Shown here in pieces: positions 13,601 to 26,300 of a stretch of DNA of 64,000 bases. The translations under genes were made by a program, and so were the position numbers. Every line of letters begins with the position of its first letter. Position 1 is the first letter of the stretch. The notes beneath the pieces are model-generated. The model did not search any database. It was not told the origin of the DNA and saw nothing but the letters and a program-made list of their open reading frames with translations. The stretch covers positions 14,880,001 through 14,944,000 of the forward strand of contig OZ059899.1 in NCBI GenBank assembly GCA_964057225.1, in the 5' to 3' direction. The stretch is from Auanema rhodensis. Its lineage: Eukaryota > Animalia > Nematoda.

Positions 13601-15421
13601 AAAGAGATCAGTATCAAATGGGTCGTACGAAAGTATTCATTAAGAATCCTGAATCGGTTTAGATCTTATGAATCACTAAACTAACTATTTCATTTCCAGC
13701 TTTTCCTTCTCGAAGAACGTCGTGAGCGAAAGTATGATGGCTTTGCTCGAACAATTCAAAAAGCTTGGAAGAAATATCATGCTCGTGAACGACATATGAA
13801 AGAAAAGGTTAGCTTTCTCTATATAGGCTTTTTACAATTGTCGCGTTGATTATAGGAACAAGCTGCTGATCTGTTTTTCGGGAAGAAAGAACGTCGACGA
13901 TTTTCTCTCAACAGAAATTTTGTGGGCGACTATATTGGCTTGGAGCATTATCCTGCACTTCAGGTTTGTTGATCTTAAAATTAATTTTAAACTTTTCCTC
14001 TTTTAGTCATTGGTTGGCAAACGTGAACGAGTTGAATTTGCTCATACAATGAATAAGTATGATCGTCGATTTAAGGTTGACAGCATATGATCTTTAAAAC
14101 CTACTGATTCATTTGTTTATAGGTTTCTAAGCTTGATGTACTTGTAACATCGAAACATCTTACTATGATTGGTAGAGAAAAAGTAAAAAAAGGTCCTGAA
14201 AAGGGCAGATTAGTAGAAATCATCAAGAGGTAAATGTTAATACCAGTTTTAGCATAATGATTGTGTTTGCAGACAAATAGATTTACCAAAAATATCGAGT
14301 ATTGGATTAAGTCCCTATCAAGATGATTTTTTGGTGGTTCATGTAAAAGATGATTACTCATCTTTCATTGAAACTCCTTTCAAAACTGAATTTTTGACCG
14401 TTTTAACGTAAAAATTTTCTCATTTATCCTTATTTCTTTTTTTCATTTTTTAGAAAACGTTATAAAGAACGAACAAATGGGGTTAATTTGGTACTAGAAT
14501 TTAAACCTTCTCATACGATCACTCTAAAGAAGAGTCGATTTGGAGGTGGAACTCGTACTCTTCAGTTTAGTCTTGATCCTTCTGGAAATGCCAAAGCTGT
14601 TCTTACACCTAAAGGAAATACTTTGAATATTGTCATTGGTCAAGGTCTCGCCAACACAACTAGTAGGAAAAGTTATCTTGATCATTTTGCAAATTCTCCT
14701 TTTAGGACCTTCGACTCAACGTCCAGCTGCTGGTTATCAGCGTAGAAAAGATCAATTGCGTGTTTCCGGGCGGAAAGTATCAAATAAATCTCTTCAAAGT
14801 CCCGTCAATTCGAATGCAGCTTACAACCCCGGTAACTTGATCAAGCAAGATGTAGGTCCAACGAATAGTCTTGGCGTTGTAAATGAGGTAATTAAACTTT
14901 TTCTGCTCTGTTAATAGAATATCTGCAGATACCATCATCTATATTGAATAGATCCGCGTCTATTCGACAACAATCACAGCAGCAACAGCAACAGCAGCAA
15001 CCACAGACGCAACAGCAGACTGCTCGTATTCCTGGTAATGGAGTAAACCCTGCTATGATGGGAGGAGTTCCTACTGCTTTAGCTGGCATGAATTTGAACC
15101 AGGGTGCAAATGTGAGTTACTTAAGAGAAAACATAGCATGAACTAACTTGTTCCAGGCCGGAGCAACTAGACCGACTCCTAAGCCCAAGCCTCCTGTAAA
15201 GCCAAAACTATATCCTGTTGTTACTGCTCTTTATGCTTATGATGCACAAGACACTGACGAATTATCATTCAACGTAGGAGATGAAATCGAACTCACCCAA
15301 AAACGTTAGTCAGCTTTTTCTTTGTACAACTCAATTTTACATTTCAGACGAATCTGGTTGGTGGCAAGGTAAACTTCGCGGTAAAGTCGGGCTTTTCCCC
15401 GCAAATTATGTGCAACAGTAA
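10687..15421 (+). CDS. hum-1: Class I unconventional myosin (long-tailed myosin IE/F type with C-terminal SH3), about 28 exons
   Basis: First coding exon is ATG only (10687-10689), then [21 protein letters not shown]; P-loop [42 protein letters not shown]-like region, TH1, polyQ/GPA region and SH3 ending [21 protein letters not shown] (TAA 15419-15421); N-terminus matches my recollection of C. elegans HUM-1. Confidence 0.95.
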
Positions 15422-15507
15422 CTTGTTTTCTGTATATAAAATCTTCAAAACAAAAATTGACAGTCTCAGATTCGGCCGTTGCCAAGAGTTTAGTGTTGTA
15501 CTATGCT

Positions 15508-15959
15508 TTACAAATTGCTCATACTAGATCTTTTTTTTTTATATTTAAAATTGCCTGTGTTACATTACTGGTCTGTGATTAATTGAAAAACTCATATTTG
15601 CTTTTAAAGAGATTTATTTATACTATCAATATAATAATAAAATTTAATAAAAGTTTTTTCATAACATTGTTTTCATTACATTTTATTATAAACAAACCGC
15701 TAATTTTTACAAACAAATTTAAAATATTGAGTGAAGTTTGGTCCATTTTACAATTAAAAATTTCAAAACACGGTTGTGTTCCATTTCATTTTTCCAATTC
15801 AGATTAATCAAATTAAATGTTTCAGTGCTTACTTGATTAAAGGAGTCGAAAAAAGTTGAATAAAAATGAGAAATAATTCAAATAATTAAAAGTAAGTTAA
15901 CTAAATAAATTTCTATTTAATATAAATAAGTTTATATATTATTTTATGAAATTAATAAA
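15508..15959 (+). repeat. Left copy of a 452-bp direct duplication (myosin 3' UTR / intergenic DNA)
   Basis: Same sequence as 50179-50630 (offset 34671) apart from 2 substitutions seen (AAGGAGTC vs AAGAAGTC; TATAAATAAG vs TATAAGTAAG); identical 74-aa spurious ORFs at 15583 and 50254. Confidence 0.95.
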
Positions 15960-16254
15960 ATATTTGAACCGAATTAATGATTATCAGTGGAGCGCAACTC
16001 CAAAAAGTGTTATTCTCTGGTATGGTTTTAAAGAAAAAATATGATTAACAATAATAAATTCAGTATTATCAAACTTAAATATATGAAATCAAACCCGTAG
16101 AACCTGAAAAACAGATCAAAATTCAAAAATATGGTCAAATTAAGGAGATATAACGCCTTGAACATAGCCCTTATAGTGAGGCTATATTGCCTTAAGGTTG
16201 ATATCATATATCCATTTTTTATTTTATCATATAGTTACCAATTATATATAAATG

Positions 16255-16326
16255 TGGTCAATAGCCAAAAGGATAAGATGACAGACTAATAACCAAACAG
16301 TCCAAGATCGAATCCCCTAGGATACT
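16255..16326 (+). pseudogene. Degenerate tRNA-like sequence (tRNA-Arg-like pseudogene or SINE head)
   Basis: TAGCCAAAAGGATAAG (A-box/D-arm like) ...CAGACT... AAGATCGAATCC (B-box like) at tRNA spacing; colinear with tRNA-Arg pattern TGGCCTAATGGATAAGG...TGACT...AGGTTCGAGTCC; stems poorly paired. Confidence 0.4.
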
Positions 16327-16362
16327 GAACTGAACATAAGGTAAGACAAAGATTATAGAAAA

Positions 16363-17316
16363 GAGCCGAGGATCAGGAGCCCGAGGATCAGGAGCCCGAG
16401 GATCAGGAGCCCGAGGATCAGGAGCCGAGGAGGAGAAACCCGGGGACGAGTAGCCCGCGGATCAGGAGCCCGAGGATCAGGAGCCCGGGGACGAGGAGCC
16501 CGGGGACGAGGAGCCCGAGGATCAGGAGCCCGCGGATCAGGAGCCCGGGGACGAGGAGCCCGAGGATCAGGAGCCCGCGGATCAGGAGCCCGCAGATCAG
16601 GAGCCCGCGGATCAGGAGCCCGAGGATCAGGAGCCCGCGGATCAGGAGCCCGGGACGAGGAGCCCGAGGATCAGGAGCCCGCGGATCAGGAGCCCGGGGA
16701 TCAGGAGCCCGGGGATCAGGAGCCCGGGGATCAGGAGCCCGGGGATCAGGAGCCCGGGGACGAGGAGCCCGAGGATCAGGAGCCCGGGGACGAGGAGCCC
16801 GAGGATCAGGAGCCCGGGGACGAGGAGCCCGCGGATCAGGAGCCCGCGGATCAGGAGCCCGCGGATCAGGAGCCCGGGGACGAGGAGCCCGCGGATCAGG
16901 AGCCCGGGGACGAGGAGCCCGCGGATCAGGAGCCCGGGGACGAGGAGCCCGAGGATCAGGAGCCGAGGAGGAGAAACCCGAGGATCAGGAGCCGAGGAGG
17001 AGAAACCCGAGGATCAGGAGCCGAGGATCAGGTGCCGAGGAGGAGAAACCCGAGGATCAGGAGCCGAGGAGGAGAAACCCGAGGATCAGGAGCCGAGGAG
17101 GAGAAACCCGAGGATCAGGAGCCGAGGAGGAGGAACCCGAGGATCAGGAGCCGAGGAGGAGGAACCCGAGGATCAAAACGACAAGGACATATTGACAATC
17201 CTTTTGGAGCCTGAAGATCAGGAGCCCGAGAAGGAGGAACCGAGGATCAGAAACCCGAGGAGCAACCCCCGCGGACGAAGAGCCCGAGGAGGAGCCCGAG
17301 AAGGAAGAGCCGAGGA
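16363..17316 (+). repeat. GC-rich minisatellite, 15-bp unit GAGGATCAGGAGCCC (variants GCGGATCAGGAGCCC, GGGGACGAGGAGCCC), changing to a 29-bp unit after ~16950
   Basis: Directly visible tandem repeat, roughly 60 units, strongly GC- and purine-rich relative to flanks. Confidence 0.95.
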
Positions 17317-20300
17317 AAATAATTTCAGCTTGGGTATTCAGATGTGTAGAATCTGAATTTTCTGGTGAGATTTGGCTAGGTCTTCTGATTTTTCCGGAAA
17401 AGGGGTTTATACCGACTCCATCCACAAGATTTGTTCACAAAAAAGTTCAGGCTGTAGTCACGTTGTTCCCGGTGAATGATTGATTTCCTCAAAATTCATC
17501 TACTAAAATCAAAAAAAAATAGTTTGAGATTGGGTATTCAGATGTGTAGAATCTGAATTTTCTGGTGAGATTCCGCTAGGTCTTCTGATTTTTCCGGAAA
17601 AGGGGTTTATACCGACTCCATCCACAAGATTTGTTCACAAAAAAGTTCAGGCTGTAGTCACGTTGTTCCCGGTGAATGATTGATTTCCTCAAAATTCATC
17701 TACTAAAATCAAAAAAAAATAGTTTGAGATTGGGTATTCAGATGTGTAGAATCTGAATTTTCTGGTGAGATTTGGCTAGGTCTTCTGATTTTTCCGGAAA
17801 AGGGGTTTATACCGACTCCATCCACAAGATTTGTTCACAAAAAAGTTCAGGCTGTAGTCACGTTGTGCCCGGTGAATGATTGATTTCCTCAAAATTCATC
17901 TACTAAAATCAAATAAAAATAGTTTGAGATTGGGTATTCAGATGTGTAGAATCTGAATTTTCTGGTGAGATTCCGCTAGGTCTTCTGATTTTTCCGGAAA
18001 AGGGGTTTATACCGACTCCATCCACAAGATTTGTTCACAAAAAAGTTCAGGCTGTAGTCACGTTGTGCCCGGTGAATGATTGATTTCCTCAAAAATCATT
18101 TACTAAAATCAAATAAAAATAGTTTGAGATTGGGTATTCAGATGTGTAGAATCTGAATTTTCTGGTGAGATTTGGCTAGGTCTTCTGATTTTTCCGGAAA
18201 AGGAGTTTATACCGACTCCATCCACAAGATTTGTTCACAAAAAAGTTCAGGCTGTAGTCACGTTGTTCCCGGTGAATGATTGATTTCCTCAAAATTCATC
18301 TACTAAAATCAAAAAAAAATAGTTTGAGATTGGGTATTCAGATGTGTAGAATCTGAATTTTCTGGTGAGATTTGGCTAGGTCTTCTGATTTTTCCGGAAA
18401 AGGGGTTTATACCGACTCCATCCACAAGATTTGTTCACAAAAAAGTTCAGGCTGTAGTCACGTTGTTCCCGGTGAATGATTGATTTCCTCAAAATTCATC
18501 TACTAAAATCAAAAAAAAATAGTTTGAGATTGGGTATTCAGATGTGTAGAATCTGAATTTTCTGGTGAGATTCCGCTAGGTCTTCTGATTTTTCCGGAAA
18601 AGGGGTTTATACCGACTCCATCCACAAGATTTGTTCACAAAAAAGTTCAGGCTGTAGTCACGTTGTGCCCGGTGAATGATTGATTTCCTCAAAATTCATC
18701 TACTAAAATCAAATAAAAATAGTTTGAGATTGGGTATTCAGATGTGTAGAATCTGAATTTTCTGGTGAGATTCCGCTAGGTCTTCTGATTTTTCCGGAAA
18801 AGGGGTTTATACCGACTCCATCCACAAGATTTGTTCACAAAAAAGTTCAGGCTGTAGTCACGTTGTGCCCGGTGAATGATTGATTTCCTCAAAAATCATT
18901 TACTAAAATCAAATAAAAATAGTTTGAGATTGGGTATTCAGATGTGTAGAATCTGAATTTTCTGGTGAGATTCCGCTAGGTCTTCTGATTTTTCCGGAAA
19001 AGGGGTTTATACCGACTCCATCCACAAGATTTGTTCACAAAAAAGTTCAGGCTGTAGTCACGTTGTGCCCGGTGAATGATTGATTTCCTCAAAAATCATT
19101 TACTAAAATCAAATAAAAATAGTTTGAGATTGGGTATTCAGATGTGTAGAATATGAATTTTCTGGTGAGATTCCGCTAGGTCTTCTGATTTTTCCGGAAA
19201 AGGGGTTTATACCGACTCCATCCACAAGATTTGTTCACAAAAAAGTTCAGGCTGTAGTCACGTTGTGCCCGGTGAATGATTGATTTCCTCAAAATTCATC
19301 TACTAAAATCAAATAAAAATAGTTTGAGATTGGGTATTCAGATGTGTAGAATCTGAATTTTCTGGTGAGATTCCGCTAGGTCTTCTGATTTTTCCGGAAA
19401 AGGGGTTTATACCGACTCCATCCACAAGATTTGTTCACAAAAAAGTTCAGGCTGTAGTCACGTTGTGCCCGGTGAATGATTGATTTCCTCAAAAATCATT
19501 TACTAAAATCAAATAAAAATAGTTTGAGATTGGGTATTCAGATGTGTAGAATCTGAATTTTCTGGTGAGATTCCGCTAGGTCTTCTGATTTTTCCGGAAA
19601 AGGGGTTTATACCGACTCCATCCACAAGATTTGTTCACAAAAAAGTTCAGGCTGTAGTCACGTTGTGCCCGGTGAATGATTGATTTCCTCAAAAATCATT
19701 TACTAAAATCAAATAAAAATAGTTTGAGATTGGGTATTCAGATGTGTAGAATCTGAATTTTCTGGTGAGATTCCGCTAGGTCTTCTGATTTTTCCGGAAA
19801 AGGGGTTTATACCGACTCCATCCACAAGATTTGTTCACAAAAAAGTTCAGGCTGTAGTCACGTTGTGCCCGGTGAATGATTGATTTCCTCAAAATTCATC
19901 TACTAAAATCAAATAAAAATAGTTTGAGATTGGGTATTCAGATGTGTAGAATCTGAATTTTCTGGTGAGATTCCGCTAGGTCTTCTGATTTTTCCGGAAA
20001 AGGGGTTTATACCGACTCCATCCACAAGATTTGTTCACAAAAAAGTTCAGGCTGTAGTCACGTTGTGCCCGGTGAATGATTGATTTCCTCAAAAATCATT
20101 TACTAAAATCAAATAAAAATAGTTTGAGATTGGGTATTCAGATGTGTAGAATCTGAATTTTCTGGTGAGATTCCGCTAGGTCTTCTGATTTTTCCGGAAA
20201 AGGGGTTTATACCGACTCCATCCACAAGATTTGTTCACAAAAAAGTTCAGGCTGTAGTCACGTTGTGCCCGGTGAATGATTGATTTCCTCAAAAATCATT

Positions 20301-23300
20301 TACTAAAATCAAATAAAAATAGTTTGAGATTGGGTATTCAGATGTGTAGAATCTGAATTTTCTGGTGAGATTCCGCTAGGTCTTCTGATTTTTCCGGAAA
20401 AGGGGTTTATACCGACTCCATCCACAAGATTTGTTCACAAAAAAGTTCAGGCTGTAGTCACGTTGTGCCCGGTGAATGATTGATTTCCTCAAAATTCATC
20501 TACTAAAATCAAATAAAAATAGTTTGAGATTGGGTATTCAGATGTGTAGAATCTGAATTTTCTGGTGAGATTCCGCTAGGTCTTCTGATTTTTCCGGAAA
20601 AGGGGTTTATACCGACTCCATCCACAAGATTTGTTCACAAAAAAGTTCAGGCTGTAGTCACGTTGTGCCCGGTGAATGATTGATTTCCTCAAAAATCATT
20701 TACTAAAATCAAATAAAAATAGTTTGAGATTGGGTATTCAGATGTGTAGAATCTGAATTTTCTGGTGAGATTCCGCTAGGTCTTCTGATTTTTCCGGAAA
20801 AGGGGTTTATACCGACTCCATCCACAAGATTTGTTCACAAAAAAGTTCAGGCTGTAGTCACGTTGTTCCCGGTGAATGATTGATTTCCTCAAAATTCATC
20901 TACTAAAATCAAAAAAAAATAGTTTGAGATTGGGTATTCAGATGTGTAGAATCTGAATTTTCTGGTGAGATTCCGCTAGGTCTTCTGATTTTTCCGGAAA
21001 AGGGGTTTATACCGACTCCATCCACAAGATTTGTTCACAAAAAAGTTCAGGCTGTAGTCACGTTGTTCCCGGTGAATGATTGATTTCCTCAAAATTCATC
21101 TACTAAAATCAAAAAAAAATAGTTTGAGATTGGGTATTCAGATGTGTAGAATCTGAATTTTCTGGTGAGATTCCGCTAGGTCTTCTGATTTTTCCGGAAA
21201 AGGGGTTTATACCGACTCCATCCACAAGATTTGTTCACAAAAAAGTTCAGGCTGTAGTCACGTTGTGCCCGGTGAATGATTGATTTCCTCAAAATTCATC
21301 TACTAAAATCAAATAAAAATAGTTTGAGATTGGGTATTCAGATGTGTAGAATCTGAATTTTCTGGTGAGATTCCGCTAGGTCTTCTGATTTTTCCGGAAA
21401 AGGGGTTTATACCGACTCCATCCACAAGATTTGTTCACAAAAAAGTTCAGGCTGTAGTCACGTTGTGCCCGGTGAATGATTGATTTCCTCAAAAATCATT
21501 TACTAAAATCAAATAAAAATAGTTTGAGATTGGGTATTCAGATGTGTAGAATCTGAATTTTCTGGTGAGATTCCGCTAGGTCTTCTGATTTTTCCGGAAA
21601 AGGGGTTTATACCGACTCCATCCACAAGATTTGTTCACAAAAAAGTTCAGGCTGTAGTCACGTTGTGCCCGGTGAATGATTGATTTCCTCAAAATTCATC
21701 TACTAAAATCAAATAAAAATAGTTTGAGATTGGGTATTCAGATGTGTAGAATCTGAAATTCCTGGTGAGATTTGGCTAGGTCTTCTGATTTTTCCGGAAA
21801 AGGGGTTTATACCGACTCCATCCACAAGATTTGTTCACAAAAAAGTTCAGGCTGTAGTCACGTTGTGCCCGGTGAATGATTGATTTCCTCAAAATTCATC
21901 TACTAAAATCAAATAAAAATAGTTTTAGATTGGGTATTCAGATGTGTAGAATCTGAAATTCCTGGTGAGATTTGGCTAGGTCTTCTGATTTTTCCGGAAA
22001 AGGGGTTTCACAGACTCCATCCACAAGATTTGTTCACAAAATAGTTCAGGCTGTAGTCACGTTGTGCCCGGTGAATGATTGATTTCCTCAAAAATCATTT
22101 ACTAAAATCAAATAAAAATAGTTTGAGATTGGGTATTCAGATGTGTAGAATCTGAATTTTCTGGTGAGATTCCGCTAGGTCTTCTGATTTTTCCGGAAAA
22201 GGGGTTTATACCGACTCCATCCACAAGATTTGTTCACAAAAAAGTTCAGGCTGTAGTCACGTTGTGCCCGGTGAATGATTGATTTCCTCAAAATTCATCT
22301 ACTAAAATCAAATAAAAATAGTTTGAGATTGGGTATTCAGATGTGTAGAATCTGAAATTCCTGGTGAGATTTGGCTAGGTCTTCTGATTTTTCCGGAAAA
22401 GGGGTTTATACCGACTCCATCCACAAGATTTGTTCACAAAAAAGTTCAGGCTGTAGTCACGTTGTGCCCGGTGAATGATTGATTTCCTCAAAATTCATCT
22501 ACTAAAATCAAATAAAAATAGTTTGAGATTGGGTATTCAGATGTGTAGAATCTGAATTTTCTGGTGAGATTCCGCTAGGTCTTCTGATTTTTCCGGAAAA
22601 GGGGTTTATACCGACTCCATCCACAAGATTTGTTCACAAAAAAGTTCAGGCTGTAGTCACGTTGTGCCCGGTGAATGATTGATTTCCTCAAAATTCATCT
22701 ACTAAAATCAAATAAAAATAGTTTGAGATTGGGTATTCAGATGTGTAGAATCTGAAATTCCTGGTGAGATTTGGCTAGGTCTTCTGATTTTTCCGGAAAA
22801 GGGGTTTATACCGACTCCATCCACAAGATTTGTTCACAAAAAAGTTCAGGCTGTAGTCACGTTGTGCCCGGTGAATGATTGATTTCCTCAAAATTCATCT
22901 ACTAAAATCAAATAAAAATAGTTTGAGATTGGGTATTCAGATGTGTAGAATCTGAAATTCCTGGTGAGATTTGGCTAGGTCTTCTGATATTTCCGGAAAA
23001 GGGGTTTCACAGACTCCATCCACAAGATTTGTTCACAAAAAAGTTCAGGCTGTAGTCACGTTGTGCCCGGTGAATGATTGATTTCCTCAAAATTCATCTA
23101 CTAAAATCAAATAAAAATAGTTTGAGATTGGGTATTCAGATGTGTAGAATCTGAAATTCCTGGTGAGATTTGGCTAGGTCTTCTGATTTTTCCGGAAAAG
23201 GGGTTTATACCGACTCCATCCACAAGATTTGTTCACAAAAAAGTTCAGGCTGTAGTCACGTTGTGCCCGGTGAATGATTGATTTCCTCAAAATTCATCTA

Positions 23301-26300
23301 CTAAAATCAAATAAAAATAGTTTGAGATTGGGTATTCAGATGTGTAGAATCTGAATTTTCTGGTGAGATTCGGCTAGATCTTCTGATATTTCCGGAAAAG
23401 GGGTTTATACCGACTCCATCCACAAGATTTGTTCACAAAAAAGTTCAGGCTGTAGTCACGTTGTGCCCGGTGAATGATTGATTTCCTCAAAATTCATCTA
23501 CTAAAATCAAATAAAAATAGTTTGAGATTGGGTATTCAGATGTGTAGAATCTGAAATTCCTGGTGAGATTTGGCTAGATCTTCTGATATTTCCGGAAAAG
23601 GGGTTTCACAGACTCCATCCACAAGATTTGTTCACAAAATAGTTCAGGCTGTAGTCACGTTGTGCCCGGTGAATGATTGATTTCCTCAAAAATCATTTAC
23701 TAAAATCAAATAAAAATAGTTTTAGATTAGGTATTCAGATGTGTAGAATCTGAATTTTCTGGTGAGATTCGGCTAGATCTTCTGATATTTCCGGAAAAGG
23801 GGTTTATACCGACTCCATCCACAAGATTTGTTCACAAAAAAGTTCAGGCTGTAGTCACGTTGTGCCCGGTGAATGATTGATTTCCTCAAAATTCATCTAC
23901 TAAAATCAAATAAAAATAGTTTGAGATTGGGTATTCAGATGTGTAGAATCTGAAATTCCTGGTGAGATTTGGCTAGATCTTCTGATATTTCCGGAAAAGG
24001 GGTTTATACAGACTCCATCCACAAGATTTGTTCACAAAAAAGTTCAGGCTGTAGTCACGTTGTGCCCGGTGAATGATTGATTTCCTCAAAATTCATCTAC
24101 TAAAATCAAATAAAAATAGTTTGAGATTGGGTATTCAGATGTGTAGAATCTGAAATTCCTTGTGAGATTTGGCTAGGTTTTCTGATTTTTCCGGAAAAGG
24201 GGTTTATACCGACTCCATCCACAAGATTTGTTCACAAAAAAGTTCAGGCTGTAGTCACGTTGTGCCCGGTGAATGATTGATTTCCTCAAAATTCATCTAC
24301 TAAAATCAAATAAAAATAGTTTGAGATTGGGTATTCAGATGTGTAGAATCTGAAATTCCTTGTGAGATTTGGCTAGGTTTTCTGATTTTTCCGGAAAAGG
24401 GGTTTATACAGACTCCATCCACAAGATTTGTTCACAAAAAAGTTCAGGCTGTAGTCACGTTGTGCCCGGTGAATGATTGATTTCCTCAAAATTCATCTAC
24501 TAAAATCAAATAAAAATAGTTTGAGATTGGGTATTCAGATGTGTAGAATCTGAAATTCCTGGTGAGATTTGGCTAGGTCTTCTGATTTTTCCGGAAAAGG
24601 GGTTTATACCGACTCCATCCACAAGATTTGTTCACAAAAAAGTTCAGGCTGTAGTCACGTTGTGCCCGGTGAATGATTGATTTCCTCAAAATTCATCTAC
24701 TAAAATCAAATAAAAATAGTTTTAGATTGGGTATTCAGATGTGTAGAATCTGAATTTTCTGGTGAGATTCGGCTAGATCTTCTGATATTTCCGGAAAAGG
24801 GGTTTATACCGACTCCATCCACAAGATTTGTTCACAAAAAAGTTCAGGCTGTAGTCACGTTGTGCCCGGTGAATGATTGATTTCCTCAAAATTCATCTAC
24901 TAAAATCAAATAAAAATAGTTTGAGATTGGGTATTCAGATGTGTAGAATCTGAAATTCCTGGTGAGATTTGGCTAGATCTTCTGATATTTCCGGAAAAGG
25001 GGTTTATACAGACTCCATCCACAAGATTTGTTCACAAAAAAGTTCAGGCTGTAGTCACGTTGTGCCCGGTGAATGATTGATTTCCTCAAAATTCATCTAC
25101 TAAAATCAAATAAAAATAGTTTGAGATTGGGTATTCAGATGTGTAGAATCTGAAATTCCTTGTGAGATTTGGCTAGGTTTTCTGATTTTTCCGGAAAAGG
25201 GGTTTATACCGACTCCATCCACAAGATTTGTTCACAAAAAAGTTCAGGCTGTAGTCACGTTGTGCCCGGTGAATGATTGATTTCCTCAAAATTCATCTAC
25301 TAAAATCAAATAAAAATAGTTTGAGATTGGGTATTCAGATGTGTAGAATCTGAAATTCCTTGTGAGATTTGGCTAGGTTTTCTGATTTTTCCGGAAAAGG
25401 GGTTTATACAGACTCCATCCACAAGATTTGTTCACAAAAAAGTTCAGGCTGTAGTCACGTTGTGCCCGGTGAATGATTGATTTCCTCAAAATTCATCTAC
25501 TAAAATCAAATAAAAATAGTTTGAGATTGGGTATTCAGATGTGTAGAATCTGAAATTCCTGGTGAGATTTGGCTAGGTTTTCTGATTTTTCCGGAAAAGG
25601 GGTTTATACCGACTCCATCCACAAGATTTGTTCACAAAAAAGTTCAGGCTGTAGTCATGTTGTGCCCGGTGAATGATTGATTTCCTCTAAATTCATCTAC
25701 TAAAATCAAATAAAAATAGTTTTAGATTGGGTATTCAGATGTGTAGAATCTGAAATTCCTGGTGAGATTTGGCTAGGTTTTCTGATTTTTCCGGAAAAGG
25801 AGTTTATACCGACTCCATCCACAAGATTTGTTCACAAAAAAGTTCAGGCTGTAGTCACGTTGTGCCCGGTGAATGATTGATTTCCTCAAAATTCATTTAC
25901 TAAAATCAAATAAAAATAGTTTTAGATTGGGTATTCAGATGTGTAGAATCTGAAATTCCTGGTGAGATTTGGCTAGGTTTTCTGATTTTTCCGGAAAAGG
26001 AGTTTATACCGACTCCATCCACAAGATTTGTTCACAAAAAAGTTCAGGCTGTAGTCACGTTGTGCCCGGTGAATGATTGATTTCCTCAAAATTCATTTAC
26101 TAAAATCAAATAAAAATAGTTTTAGATTGGGTATTCAGATGTGTAGAATCTGAAATTCCTGGTGAGATTTGGCTAGGTTTTCTGATTTTTCCGGAAAAGG
26201 AGTTTATACCGACTCCATCCACAAGATTTGTTCACAAAAAAGTTCAGGCTGTAGTCACGTTGTGCCCGGTGAATGATTGATTTCCTCAAAATTCATCTAC

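Noticed and set aside
16092-16114. AACCCGTAGA resembling the miR-100/miR-51 family 5' end
   Set aside because: No complementary arm to form a precursor hairpin
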